From Candidatus Poribacteria bacterium (GTDB taxonomy: Bacteria; Poribacteria; WGA-4E; JAJDTR01): 64,000 nt of DNA. Both the position numbers and the translations under genes were made by a program. The stretch spans positions 1,824,001 through 1,888,000 of the forward strand of contig CBDCTK010000002.1 of assembly GCA_965222225.1 (NCBI GenBank), given 5' to 3'. The notes under the pieces were generated by a model, which was not told the origin of the DNA, searched no databases, and saw nothing but the letters and a program-made list of their open reading frames with translations. This document shows, one piece after another, positions 28,885 to 41,600 of this stretch; position 1 is the first letter of the stretch, and each line of letters begins with the position of its first letter.

Positions 28885-30129
28885 CTATTCATGTCGCAAC
28901 GCCTCCGTGGGTGTCAATCTCGCCGCCTTGTATGCCGGATAAACTCCAAAGATGAGCCCGATAGCGACAGCAACACTAAACGCTAGGACAACTGCCTGCA
29001 CAGATACCGACGCGGGCCACGCTGTCTCTTTGATTAAGAACGTAGTGATTGCCCAGGCTGAACCGAACCCGATGCCTCCGCCGATGAATATGCCTATTAG
29101 CCCGCCAGAAACGCTTAAAACAATCGCTTCAATTAAGAACTGCTGCAAAATATCAATTTGTCGTGCACCGACCGCTTTCCGCAACCCAATCTCGCTTGTG
29201 CGCTCTGTTACCGAGACCAGCATAATGTTCATAATTCCGATGCCCCCTACAAACAACGCGATACTTGCCACTCCCCCAAGTAGGGCTTGAAGGATGCGGC
29301 TCACGTTTCCAACTTGCTTCAATATCTCCTTCGCGGTAAAGAATTCAAAAAACTCCTCCGAGCCATGTAGACGCCGTAAGGCAATCTTGACCTCTGCCAG
29401 CGCTTGATTCACCTTGTTAAAACTCACCGCTTGAATAAAGAGTTCAATGCCCCGCTTATTATTACCGAGAAAGTATGTCTCCATCGTGGTGAACGGGATG
29501 ATAATCCGCTCATCCCAGCCCTCGGTTGCCATCCTGTTCCCTTTTTCCTCCATCACTCCTATAACGGTAAATCGTCGGGTGCCTAGTTTCAATTCTTGAC
29601 CAATGGGATCAATGTTGCCAAACAAATCTTTTTGCACCTGCGAACCAATCACACTAACTGTATCCTTCCGGTCAAGATCGTCCTGACGAAGGAATCGCCC
29701 GGATTCTACGTACCAATTGTGTACCTGCTGATATAGTGGCGTTACCCCCTCAAATCGGAGTTCCTTACTTCTGTTGCCGTGTGAAGCACGCTTTCCCATA
29801 GCGTCAATGTCCGCCGAGACAGCCCTCACTGAAGGACAGGTGGCTAGGATGGATTCCACATCTTCGTATTCAATACGCTCGGGGCGCTTGTTTTCTTCCC
29901 ATGTCCCATCTGCTTGTTCCACCCATCTTGGGCGAATACAGACAATCGTGGTCGCGCCACCGATTCGTTCAAACTCCGCCAATACTAGCGATTCTGCACC
30001 ACCGCCAACTGAGACCATACCAACGACCGAGGAAATACCGATGATAATTCCTAGCATTGTCAGCAACGATCTTAGCTTATTTCGCCTTAGAGCAGATAAC
30101 CCAATGCCAAAACCCTGTATGATCTGCAT
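28885..30129 (-). CDS. MacB/FtsX-like ABC transporter permease
   Basis: RSLLTMLGIIIG, GGIGIMNIMLVSVTERTSEIGLRKAVGA, GVYPAYKAA motifs; likely start 30129. Confidence 0.93.
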   Translation of the reverse strand: MQIIQGFGIGLSALRRNKLRSLLTMLGIIIGISSVVGMVSVGGGAESLVLAEFERIGGATTIVCIRPRWVEQADGTWEENKRPERIEYEDVESILATCPSVRAVSADIDAMGKRASHGNRSKELRFEGVTPLYQQVHNWYVESGRFLRQDDLDRKDTVSVIGSQVQKDLFGNIDPIGQELKLGTRRFTVIGVMEEKGNRMATEGWDERIIIPFTTMETYFLGNNKRGIELFIQAVSFNKVNQALAEVKIALRRLHGSEEFFEFFTAKEILKQVGNVSRILQALLGGVASIALFVGGIGIMNIMLVSVTERTSEIGLRKAVGARQIDILQQFLIEAIVLSVSGGLIGIFIGGGIGFGSAWAITTFLIKETAWPASVSVQAVVLAFSVAVAIGLIFGVYPAYKAARLTPTEALRHE

Positions 30130-30429
30130 CTTCTTCCGGTTAAACCCTTGAGCGTATGAACGAATCGCGGAATTACTGGAAATACACACGCTAAATCCGG
30201 ATAGCCAAATCAGGAGATTGAGACCGAGAATGCGTGAATGTATGCATGTGAAGCACATCACGCATCACGTATCGCGTTTGGAATTAGCGCAAACTTCCAA
30301 CTTCTATCCCTGAATCTTAGCATTGGGCAAGCGAACATGTCAAAGCATTCCTCCTGTTTCACGCTTGACAAACCTTAGAAATAGCATGTATCCTATTAAC
30401 ATATTGAGTGCCAATGATAATGCCGCAAC

Positions 30430-31266
30430 ATGACGAATAGCCATGATATGGAGACTCAAACAACGCCGACTGACGAAACCCTTAACGGTTTTCGAGCAAT
30501 TCAGGTTGATGTGCCCGACAATTTGAAGGAAATTCGAGTTATTCTCATTGAACCTCGTGAGCCGGGAAATATCGGATCCGTTGCACGGGCGATGAAAGGG
30601 ATGGGGTTGTCGCAACTTTATTTGGTCAATCCGGTACCGTTTCGCGAAGCCAAGGCTACATGGTATATGGCACACGGCGCAACAGACGTTATTGAGAATT
30701 GCCAAGTCGTGGACGTGCTGGAAGAAGCCTTGGAGGGGATTCAGTATCTCGTTGGTACAACCCACCGAAAACGAGGCGAGAGGTTAGCCCCTTGTGTTCC
30801 AGTGAGGAAAGTAGCACAACAAATCGCCGCCATATCGCAAAACCAAAAAGTCGCCGTGCTCTTTGGTCGGGAGGATTTCGGGTTGTCGAGCCATCAGATT
30901 AGCCTGTGCCAACTGACGGCGAGCATTCCAATGGCGACAAAAAATCCTTCACTTAACTTGGCACAGGCGGTGCAAATCTTTGCCTATGAAATCTTTCTCG
31001 CAAGCATAACAGAGATGCCGACTGAGGAGTATGAGTACGCCGAAGTAAACCAGATTGAAGCGTTTTATGGTCGAGTCACCAATCTGTTGAAAACGGTCGG
31101 TGTAACACCGTACAATCATGACTGGGAAACGTATCTGCGATCGCTTAGGCGCGTGTTTTCGCGAACACGTCTGGAAACGCGTGACATTGCCACGCTGGAT
31201 ATGATTTTTTCGACGACAAATCGATACATTGATAGATTGGAGAAGAAACTCGAAGAACGGGACTGA
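30430..31266 (+). CDS. trmJ: TrmJ/LasT family SPOUT tRNA methyltransferase
   Basis: GNIGSVARAMK, FGREDFGL, SLNLAQAV motifs. Confidence 0.88.
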   Translation: MTNSHDMETQTTPTDETLNGFRAIQVDVPDNLKEIRVILIEPREPGNIGSVARAMKGMGLSQLYLVNPVPFREAKATWYMAHGATDVIENCQVVDVLEEALEGIQYLVGTTHRKRGERLAPCVPVRKVAQQIAAISQNQKVAVLFGREDFGLSSHQISLCQLTASIPMATKNPSLNLAQAVQIFAYEIFLASITEMPTEEYEYAEVNQIEAFYGRVTNLLKTVGVTPYNHDWETYLRSLRRVFSRTRLETRDIATLDMIFSTTNRYIDRLEKKLEERD

Positions 31267-31522
31267 ATTGTAACCGACTCCTAGGCGTAAACCTCGGCAC
31301 AATCATTACTCCGGTATCCGAATGTTGAAATCCGAAGACTCTTCAATCGATCGTATTGCCATTTTCAGCACATAACCGCTGAAGGCACCCCTACCCTCAG
31401 ACGCAGTGTTCGCATAAACTCGCTTACGGCAAGCATTCTGTGGATAGACATTGTTTCAGTTCTCTTGCTTATGTCCGAGCCTTTTCCATTGTCGTTTACA
31501 TCGTAGAACCAAACCCAACCGA

Positions 31523-33889
31523 ATGGACGATAAAGCCAACCCTACTCCACAACTACCTCCTAATCAATCGCTAACCAGTAGCGCAATCATCGCGATTATC
31601 TCTATTGTGTTTGCGGCGGGTTGGATTGCGTTTGCATACTACAAGGGCACAGATTCGGTGACTGCGGACGGAAAGAGCATTTTGTTGCTGCATCCGGTGG
31701 TCGCGGTTATACTCGTTGCCCTTCTTCTCCGAATAAGGCCGCTCATTGATGTCAAGAGTGTGGTCGATCTACACATTCTGATGATAGCCATCTGGGTATT
31801 CAAGAATCTCTTGGGTGTCTTGATGCCCTTCCTGCTTGGGTTCGGGATTGCCTATTATATGCGATTCCTGCTTGATGCCATACAAGATATTCCGCTGCCC
31901 AAAGGCAGACGTTTGCAACTCCCGCGCCCCCTCGCGCGCGGTATATTGACCATATGCATACTTGGTATTTTCACGCTACTCTTCTTTTATATCGTCCCGC
32001 AGATTGGGAAGCAAGCCCAAGAAATAAGCAAAGGGTTGGTTAGATTCTATCACCAATCCATAGTCCCTTTTGCGGTAGGAAACGAGTTCAATGCAGTTGC
32101 GAATCAGCCAGTTACGGTCAGAAGGTCACTTTCAACAACTGATACAACCCTTGAAGGCCAGCTAGACGAAGGCAAGTTCCCGTCCGAATTGCGAGAAGCT
32201 TTCCAAGAAAACGAGATTGGTTTTTACGGTGACATCCAAGTGTCAGTAAAGGAAAAACACGGCAAATGGCTTATAACCGACACCGGGGATGGGCAGGCGT
32301 ATGAAATTCAGATGACGCAAGATCAGTTGTACATTTATTCGGAAACTCTTTATCTTGGGACAGAACACGGTCTGTATCGCTTTGACGGGAACCGAAACAG
32401 GATGGTCGATATTACGGATGGAGCCCTAATTGGTCAATCAATTCAAGCAATCTCTACAGCCCCCTTCGCCGAACACCAACTCTTGGTAGGAACACCGGCA
32501 GGTTTATTCGGGTACATAGCGCCGTCCATACGAGACGACGCTCTTCATGGGTGGCAACCCGTCGGGGAAGATGTGTTCGCAGGAAAACTTGTTCTGGCAG
32601 TGGCAACTCCCATTCCGATGGCGCCTCGCGCTTATGTAGGAACGGACGAAGGAATTTACGCAAGTACAGATAACGGTAGAACATGGAAACATGTCGGTCT
32701 TTCCGGATACGCAGTCCGAAGCATTGCGTATGTACCTAATGAAAATCCAAGAATCTACGTCGCTACAGACAAGGGTGTTTACTATGCGGGCGACTCCGAA
32801 CCCTGGCGATGGCTCAGACTAGAGTCACGGACTGACGATGCTCCAGCCGCAATCCATACTCTTGTTTTTGCCACCGATGACAGCCAACTCTACGCCGGAA
32901 CATCTAATGGAATATATCGCTGGGATGCCCGAAAGAAACGATGGAGCAAGGATAACAGAGAATCGCTCAGACTGCATCAGCCAATTTCGCTGCTGTTTTC
33001 GGATTCGCGAGGAGGACTTTACGCCGGCAATCGAGAAATAATCCATTATCGGAAAACCGCCAAAGCGAAATGGGATTTGATAGCATCCGCCAAAGAAGGA
33101 ATCCTCACTAGACTCGAAGACCTTCCAATGGTAAGCGAAACAGGCATCGTTTCCAATGTAGTCGCCGAGTCAAAGCAATATCTTAAAACGAAACTTCCGA
33201 CATTGGCTCAAACGAGTAGTGAATATCTGGGTAAAGTCGTCTTGATTTTCCCATCCTTTGCTCTTGGATTTGGAGGCTTTTTGGCGACGCTATTCCTGAC
33301 GCTTATGGTTTTCGTCTATGCGGGCCAGTCACTTGTAAACTATATCCGGAATTTTATCAAACTCTTCCCGGAACACAATCGCCCTACTGCCAGACGCTAC
33401 ATGGCCGAGATTGACCGAAATCTGCAGTCATTCCTTAAGGGTCAAGTCACTGTAATTGTTATCATCAGCGTTATCTCGATTGTTGTTTATTCAATCGTCG
33501 GTGTGCCGTTCGCTTTAGTTGTCGGGATACTTGCGGGAGTATGCAACGCGATTCCCACCTTTGGCCCCTATATTGGTGGCGCGTTTGCCCTGCTTTCGAT
33601 GTTAATGGGACTGGCTGCGGGCAACTTTGAGTTGGTCGAGTTCTTGGTTCGCATCGCTGTTGTGCTGGGAGCGATTGCCGGAATTCAGGCAGTGGATAAT
33701 TCTTTGATTTCGCCGAAGGTCATGGGAAGTGCTGTTGACGTAGATCCGTTGCTCATTATGTTTGGCGTGATTGTGGGCGCCGTTGTGCTCGGTTTCTGGG
33801 GGGTCATCTTGGCAATACCAATTATTGTCGTTATAAAGTCGGTGTTCACTGTTTCAAATGAACTTCGATCGCCTAACTCAGAACTGTAG
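31523..33889 (+). CDS. AI-2E family transporter with a large inserted beta-propeller domain
   Basis: AI-2E motifs (PFLLGFGIAY, FLKGQ, NAIPTFGP, ISPKVMG, GVILAIP) interrupted by about 350 aa of LYLGTEHGLY / YVGTDEGIYASTDNGRTW blades. Confidence 0.85.
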   Translation: MDDKANPTPQLPPNQSLTSSAIIAIISIVFAAGWIAFAYYKGTDSVTADGKSILLLHPVVAVILVALLLRIRPLIDVKSVVDLHILMIAIWVFKNLLGVLMPFLLGFGIAYYMRFLLDAIQDIPLPKGRRLQLPRPLARGILTICILGIFTLLFFYIVPQIGKQAQEISKGLVRFYHQSIVPFAVGNEFNAVANQPVTVRRSLSTTDTTLEGQLDEGKFPSELREAFQENEIGFYGDIQVSVKEKHGKWLITDTGDGQAYEIQMTQDQLYIYSETLYLGTEHGLYRFDGNRNRMVDITDGALIGQSIQAISTAPFAEHQLLVGTPAGLFGYIAPSIRDDALHGWQPVGEDVFAGKLVLAVATPIPMAPRAYVGTDEGIYASTDNGRTWKHVGLSGYAVRSIAYVPNENPRIYVATDKGVYYAGDSEPWRWLRLESRTDDAPAAIHTLVFATDDSQLYAGTSNGIYRWDARKKRWSKDNRESLRLHQPISLLFSDSRGGLYAGNREIIHYRKTAKAKWDLIASAKEGILTRLEDLPMVSETGIVSNVVAESKQYLKTKLPTLAQTSSEYLGKVVLIFPSFALGFGGFLATLFLTLMVFVYAGQSLVNYIRNFIKLFPEHNRPTARRYMAEIDRNLQSFLKGQVTVIVIISVISIVVYSIVGVPFALVVGILAGVCNAIPTFGPYIGGAFALLSMLMGLAAGNFELVEFLVRIAVVLGAIAGIQAVDNSLISPKVMGSAVDVDPLLIMFGVIVGAVVLGFWGVILAIPIIVVIKSVFTVSNELRSPNSEL

Positions 33890-33914
33890 AGAACGCAAAG
33901 CTGCGTTCTCTACA
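33885..33914. terminator. 13-bp stem hairpin (REP-like or terminator) at the end of the AI-2E gene
   Basis: TGTAGAGAACGCA-AAGC-TGCGTTCTCTACA. Confidence 0.6.
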
Positions 33915-34044
33915 AAACTCCAATTGATCGCAGTTTTGCCTTGTCTCCTTACACATCACGAGTTACGCATTAATTCTCGTATAGCAGAAACATTTCCGAT
34001 AGATCTCGGTGCGGCTTGATATTGCGCAAAGTTGAGAACGAAAA

Positions 34045-35379
34045 ATGATACGACTCGTTGTTGCCATCGTTGGAAGACCAAACGTGGGCAAATCATCGCT
34101 TTTCAATTGCATTACCAAAAAACGAATCGCCGTTGTCCATGATCACCCCGGTGTGACGCGAGATCGCAACTATGCCGATGTGGATTGGGGCGACTCTCGT
34201 TTCACTATCGTGGATACAGGCGGGCTGGATCTCGACCCAGACGATACATTGATTGACTCGGTGCAGTTTCAAGTCGAAACCGCCATTGACGAAGCGACGG
34301 TAATTCTCTTTGTTGTTGATGCACAAACGGGAATTCTGGCACAGGACCTTGTTGTTGCCGATAAGCTGAGAGAAACGGACAAGCCTATTTTTGTGGTCGT
34401 AAATAAATCGGATAATGAGCGACTTCGAGCTGAGGGGAGCGAGTTCTATGAACTTGGACTAACCGAGCCATTCTTCATTTCCTGTGCCCACAATCATGGA
34501 ATTGGTGAACTTCTGGATGAGGTGGCGTTTAATCTCCCAGCCTCAGAAACGGAAGTATCCGCGCCGTCTCAAGGCATCAAAATTGCCATTGTCGGGCGCC
34601 CAAACGTGGGGAAATCCTCAATTATTAACACCATCCTTGGCGAAGAACGCATGATTGTTGACGACCGTCCCGGCACTACTCGCGATGCGGTCAATATTCG
34701 CTTTGTCTATGATAACATCCCGTTTGAGCTAATTGACACGGCAGGCATGCGCCGCAGGTCGGTAATTGACGACGAACTTGAGGAAGTGACTGTGCAGCGG
34801 GCGATTCGCAGCATTCGTCAGAGCGACATTGCTTGGCTAATCCTTGACGCCACTCAAGAAGTGGCGCGCCAGGATAAGGTGATAGCCAGCTTTATCGCTC
34901 GGGAAGGAGTAGCAAGCATATTGGGGGTCAATAAATGGGATCTCATTCAGAAGGACAACCTAACCCATAACAAGTTCCTCGAGGAGATTTACCGCCAACT
35001 TCCACAACTCACCTATGTGCCCGCCGTGTTTACATCCGCAGAGACGGGGCAACGCGTGAAGAAATTATTGAGTCTTAGTTTGACGGTCCACCGAGAATAC
35101 TGCACGCGTGTGCCTACACATGCCCTTAATGAACTCCTACTGCAATTGAAAAGTGGCCATCAGCATCCGCGAGCAGGTAAGGTGCGCCCGACACTGAAAT
35201 ATATGACCCAAATCAAGACCGAACCACCAACCTTTCTAATATTTGCCCGTCATCCGAATAAGATTTCCCAGCCCTACGAATCCTACCTAATCAACGGAAT
35301 TCGGGATGCCTTCGGCTTTCACGGAACGCCGATACGAATCTACTATCGCTCCTCCGATGCAAAGCAGTCGAAGCATTGA
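34045..35379 (+). CDS. der: Ribosome biogenesis GTPase Der (EngA)
   Basis: Two GRPNVGKS G-domains, DTGG/DTAG, NKxD, KH-like C-terminus. Confidence 0.97.
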   Translation: MIRLVVAIVGRPNVGKSSLFNCITKKRIAVVHDHPGVTRDRNYADVDWGDSRFTIVDTGGLDLDPDDTLIDSVQFQVETAIDEATVILFVVDAQTGILAQDLVVADKLRETDKPIFVVVNKSDNERLRAEGSEFYELGLTEPFFISCAHNHGIGELLDEVAFNLPASETEVSAPSQGIKIAIVGRPNVGKSSIINTILGEERMIVDDRPGTTRDAVNIRFVYDNIPFELIDTAGMRRRSVIDDELEEVTVQRAIRSIRQSDIAWLILDATQEVARQDKVIASFIAREGVASILGVNKWDLIQKDNLTHNKFLEEIYRQLPQLTYVPAVFTSAETGQRVKKLLSLSLTVHREYCTRVPTHALNELLLQLKSGHQHPRAGKVRPTLKYMTQIKTEPPTFLIFARHPNKISQPYESYLINGIRDAFGFHGTPIRIYYRSSDAKQSKH

Positions 35380-35610
35380 ACCGTACACCAGCCTCTTCAC
35401 ATGGACAGCCTAACGAAAACGTGTTATCCTGATACCTAGGTGAGTAAAGGATCGAACGACTGCAGTTTCATCCTAGCGTCATAGCATTGTACGACTCCCA
35501 CGCTGCCGCCCCACACCCGGAATCTGTAAACTGCCTCTCCTGTTTTCTCGTTTACCACGTTGTCGGCGCACCTGCCCGGAGCTGACCGAGTCGAATTAAG
35601 GAGATAGGCG

Positions 35611-38600
35611 TTGTATTCGATTATAACGAGAGGCTACTTATATCATACCCCTCTAGTCATTTTACTCATCTTAGTCCTCCCTTGTTTCAGCACTCACGCA
35701 AAACCCGTTACCAAGGATCCGAAGTTAACCCAACATTACTCGGAACTTCGAGAAGATTCTGCGGAATCGCCCGAAACCGAGGGTGAATTCGTGAAAGATC
35801 CGAGTTGGGAAACTGAATCCGCCGATCAGCACGATGAAGATGATTGGTGGAGGAGTGCTTCCGAACCGGAACCCCCGACCCCACCTCCCCTAGACCCTTT
35901 TACGCCAGATGCGGAAGACACTTCCATACCCTCCAGGATATTGGCTCCATATTATGAATCGTTACAAAGATGGAAAGATGCACCACTCATGATTGAACCT
36001 CGGATGCTATACGATCTCAAGGAGGATGGTTCCGGGATTGATGAGGAAAAAGGCCTCGCCCTGCCGCTCCAATCTAATCTTCAGATTACCGGACACAAGT
36101 CCGTTACGATTGAAGGCAATGTAACACACTATTTTGGTGAGAGTGATGCCAACCGTTACGCTGGATACAGCACCTATGGGGGTAATAGGCCAGGTCTCGA
36201 CCTCGGCTTAACATCCTCCTACGGATATGACGATTTTGGAAGTTTCGGAGGAGGTTACGGCGGCGGATATGGCTCTGAATATGGGAGCGGGTATGGGGGC
36301 GGCTACGGGAGTGGGTACGGCGGAAGTTTCAGTACATTCGGCAGAGGTGGTGTGGCGCGTGCCACAGGATTCAACCTTCGGCAAACACTCCGAGTTGGGT
36401 TGCATGGCCGCGTTGGTGAGCGTACCCACGTTGCCGTCGATTATAGCGATTCGGACGATTCCTTCGGAGGTGGCTATGGCGGATACGGGGGATATGGTGG
36501 CGGTCTGGGCGGCGCAAAACAACAAAAGATTAAAGTGTGGTATGAGGGCAAGCCGGATAGTATTCTCAAAACAATATCTTTTGGCGACATCACACTGAAT
36601 TTGCCGAATACTCGGTTTCTGAACATCAATCGAAATCTCTTCGGACTCGAAGCGGTTGCACAATTAGGGGGACTCAAGATGACAACCTTCGGTTCTCGAA
36701 GCAAAGGGATATCGGACACGCGGCGTTTCAGAGGGGAATCAACGAGAGCGGGGTACGGTCGAGGCGTCCAGATTGCTGATGCCAACTATGTCAAAGATCG
36801 ATTCTACTCTATCCATCGTGGTGAAGACGATGTTGTACACGAGTCCTATCTGCCGATAAAAAGTGGTAGCGAAGAAATCTATATTGACGACAACGTCGCA
36901 GGCAATAATCAGGGAGGGCAACGCACCGTACGGGGGTACTTCAACCTCCAATTCCCGGGGCAGGATTACAACATCAATTATGAGACCGGAGAGATTGAGT
37001 TTTTAACACCAATCTCCCCCGGCTATACAATCGCCGTTGCTTACGAGTATCTCGGCGATGGCGGAGGGCAGGTTGGGAATCCCGGTAACGTTTTCGTGGA
37101 TGAAAATGATGACGGCTCGATTGATGAGGAGGGAGAGGAAATCGGATACGTTATACTCAAGGACAAAGGATACCGTGGAACAGAAGCGCGTCGGGTCTAC
37201 AACTTGGGCAATCGAAATATTAACCCGCGAGACTATCAAATCACAATTTGGCGGCAAGGCGTTGGAGAGGCATTTGAAACTGATGATGGACCCGTATTAT
37301 ACATTGAAATCTTTGGGCTAGATCAGAATGGCGATGGCAGCATCGATCCGGAGTTTATCGATTTTGACCGTGGTTTGCTGACCTTTCCTGCCACGCGTCC
37401 ACGTCCATTTGTGATTGACAATCCAGAGAGCCCATACTATAAGTACCGAGATCAGCTGAATAACGAGGCCATCTATCTTGAAAACCCGCGCACGGCAGAT
37501 CAAATTTACACCATCGTCGCCGACTACGCCTATCAGTCAGGCACCTACAATGTTGGACTATTTGTGATTCCTGGAAGCGAAACTGTTCGATTGAATAGCA
37601 GAAGGCTACAGCGGGATGTCGATTACATGATGGTGTACGAGGTTGGGAGCCTTACGTTCTTTACCCAACTTGATGAGTTCGATGTCATCGAGGTTGAGTT
37701 CGAGAGAACGCCGTTCGGCGGTTCTTTGCAGCAAACTGTCGCGGGCGTATGGCTTGAATACTCCTACGTGCCGAAGCAAAAACCGCCGGAAGAGCAGAAG
37801 CAAGAAGATCGATTTGGAAGGCTGGGAAGGGGGCAGGATTCTTTTGGTGAGAGAAACCGAATCGGAGGTGGAAGTTCCTTCGGCGGAGGCAGCGGAGGCT
37901 ACGGTAGTGGGTTTGGTGGAGGATATGGCGGTGGGTTCGGCGGAAGCAGCTCTTACTCAAGCCTTGGTGGACGTTCCAGATACGGACTCACTTCAGGGAG
38001 AAGTAGCTATTTTAATCCTGTATACAAGAAAGGGTTTAGCCTATCGACGGGTTATATTCTAAATACGGGGAGCAAACCGAGCACCATTCCGGATGTGAAC
38101 AATGCCCCCAGTCGCCTACAAGCGTTTAACATCAACACAAGCGCTGGACGGAATTTCAACCTAGCTTGGTTCGTCAATCCGTTACCATTCGTGTCGGTGG
38201 AGTATTTCCCGTTGTCAATTGACTTTAGCGGCGAATCAGCGTTTTCTCATAACAACCCCAACAGTGTTTCCGTTGCGCTAATCGATAGCATGGAGGGAGC
38301 GCGCGATTCATCAAACATCCCCACATTCAAATACAACTGGCGCGTGGCAAGTCCGCCAGCGGTGGATGGATTAACGCCCGATAACCGCGCCCTCTTTCAT
38401 GTGCTGCTAAAAGATAAAGATGAGTCTAAAGCGGTCGGCAATTATATGCGCAACCGCGAAGTACCCGCCTCCGCCATCAACTCGCTATTGCAATCCACGG
38501 AACAGCGCCTTGTTATGGAGGTCGGTTATGATTTCACGGATGTTGTTGAAGAATGGGGCGGTTTTTCTTACGGCATCTCTGCGTCGGGGACCGATTTCTC

Positions 38601-41600
38601 TGAACGTGAATTTCTAGAAATTTGGCTACGAGTCCAAGGTGACGACGACGTGACGCTGTTACTCGATCTTGGGATTCTCAATGAAGACACAGACTATGAT
38701 GGTAGACTTGATAGCGAAGACCTACCTCTAGATCTTGAGGACCTCAATGGAGACGATAAGATTGACACATTGGATCTTGATTTGGAGAACCTGCCAGGAT
38801 CCCAAAAATACAGCGCTAACGGTTCCCTCGATACGGGCGAAGACGAAGGTTGGATTTATGACGGGGCTCTCCAACCCACGCCATTTGGAAGCGACAACCA
38901 AGTTTTGGATACCGAGGATCTCAACGGCGACGGTGTGCTAGACACTGTTGATGCATACCTTGAAATCCCCATTTCATTGAATGATTTACCGGAAGAATGG
39001 GTTAAGAAGCGCAATGACAACGGGTGGGTTTTTCTAAGCATTCCCCTCCGTGCGGCGAATGTTTATGGCAGCCGCCTGCCGAATCTCGGGTTCGTTCAAC
39101 ACTTCCGTTTTTGGCTATTAAAGAACAAACCCGGCAAACTGCGGGGAAAACTGGAATGGGCGTCAATCGAAATCGTTGGGAACCGATGGGAACGAGGGGT
39201 GGTTACACAAAACGGCACTATCGTCACGAATACTAATGAAAAATTCTCTGTCGGCACGAAGGACAATTTCAACTTCAACGACTACCAGAAAGCCTACGAG
39301 GAAATTAAAGATGACAATGCCTTCAAAAAGTTGCATCCGTATACGGATGTCACGTTTGGATTCGGCACCCGCCAACAGCGAGAACAGGCACTCGTGTTAG
39401 ACTACAACCTTCTACCCAACTCGTTCGCCGTGACATCGCAACGGCTACGCGGCGTTCAGCAAGGGGAAGGGCAAGACTTTTCCAAACACAACAAGCTAAA
39501 ATTTTGGGTCTACGGCGATAAAAATCGCGAAACGCTTGTATTGCGATTGGCGCCGAGTGTCCGAACCAGTTATCGCTCGTTTTACGGCTCGTCCGACCCG
39601 TTTTCCGACCCGCGCTCGCAGCAGGAGGATGACGTGGACATCTTCGAGAATTTGACGAACTACTACGAGTTCACGCAGGAGATTGACTTTGATGGTTGGA
39701 AACTCATTGAAATCGATCTGGAGGATGTTCAACGGAACGAATATCCGGACATTGTAACCCCAACTGAGGTCCTTGAGGAACCATCAGATTCAAGTCAACC
39801 CGCCACGCCTCAACCTGACGGTCACCCCGACGGATTTGTCGTCCGGGGAACAAATAGTGCCCAACTCTCCATTAAAAATATCGGCGGTATCCTACTCGGC
39901 ATCCGCAACGACCGTGGCGAAGAAATCAGCGGTGAAGTATGGGTGAACGAAATCCATTTGAGCGATCCGCTAGTGCGCTCCGGTTGGGCACGACGTGGAA
40001 ATGTGTCCGTGTCACTTGGAAACCTGTTGAGCGTGCGGGGGGGATATGCCAGTCAAGATAAGGACTTTGAGAACTCAGCCGGCGAAACCGGACGTCAACG
40101 CCAACAACAGCGGGGCTTCAGCACCACGAACAACGATTTGAATATAGACACCGATCTTAATCTCTTTCGGTGGCTTCCTATTAGCTACAACTTCCGAGAG
40201 AATGAGTCCGAAACCGAAAGCAGAAGCGGTTCATTCAGTTCGTTCCAGAGCGGCAAGAGTAAAACCAAAAACCAAGATCTTTCCGTTCGATTCCACCTCC
40301 CTCCGTACCCGTCAATTGGGCTTGCCTACAATCATCAAGACTTTTGGAATGAACGTCAAGGTACGAAAGTTAGCGACCTGTATACCGGAACTTTCCAATA
40401 TAATCTTGGATCAAAGCTAGGCTTGAATCTTCAATACCGGCATGAGGATGTCGACGCCGATACCGGGACGGCAGCCGGTGTTTCGTCGAGTAGCGGCTAC
40501 TCCGGCTTCGGCTCTAGCTACGGTTCTGGTTACGGTTACGGATATAGCAGAAATCAAGATGAAAAAGTTGATGACGGCTCCATTTCACTCAATATTAGTC
40601 CATTTTCTAGTTTTAGCCTAAATCCAACCTACGATGTTCGCCGGATTCTGGAGAAGCGCGAAAGCTCTCCGGAAGCGCCCACTTCCGAACCGGAGTTTAC
40701 TATTGCGAGCCGTGAGCATCGTTTCTCAATGACGCCACGTCTCAATCGCGACCTTTTGGGAATGCGCCCAACCATTAACAACCGGGTTAGCTTGCGCGAG
40801 AACTGGTTTAGCAAGCAGAAAGATATCTCAATCAATGCGAACATTGGGCTTGGAGTAAATATACGACCCCACGTCTGGTTTGGATGGTTGCTACGTAAAC
40901 CAGAAGAAGAGCCAGAAGCGAAGCCAGAAAAACTGGAATCTGTGGATAAGCCTGAGGACGAGTTGCAGACAGAATCGCCGCGAAATCCTTCAGAAGCCGA
41001 TGCTTTCGACGATGAGGTAGAAATGGAAGAACGGCGGCGACAACGGCTTGATAGGATGGAGCGAATGGGGGTAGACACGGAGAGGATACAAGACTTGGAA
41101 GATGAAAGAGGCGACTGGATTAGCCGAGACAAGGCTGAACTTGAACGAAAGTTGAGAGAGCGACGCGGAAGAAAGAAGGACGTGGGTATGGGAGTTTGGA
41201 GAAAAAGTCTCCAAAGTTTTGCCGTAAATACAAACGTAAGCTTCGACATTCAAGATTCTTTTCGGAGGTTAGACGCGGGGCAGTCGGTACTTGGTGTTCT
41301 GGATTTTCCGGATGAAGATGAACGGCGAACTCAGTCACGCCAAGGGCAACGTTACACTGTCCGCGGCTCTGTAGACCCATGGTCATGGGTGTCGTTGGGC
41401 ACAAATGTATCGCTCACAAACAATTTCGCGAAAACATCAAGCACCACTTCCCGGAATAAGTCCAAAAACTATGAAGGTGATGTAAAGTTTTTCAATGCCA
41501 AGAATTCTTCAAGTTTTCAGGTGCGCTATGGCTTCACACGCCGAGATCGGCGTAACCTTGCGACATTGATTAGCGAAAGCTCCGCCCACAATCCCTCAAT

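Noticed and set aside
40629-41249. 206-aa Ser-rich antisense ORF
   Set aside because: Mirror of the Glu/Arg-rich segment of the sprA-like gene.
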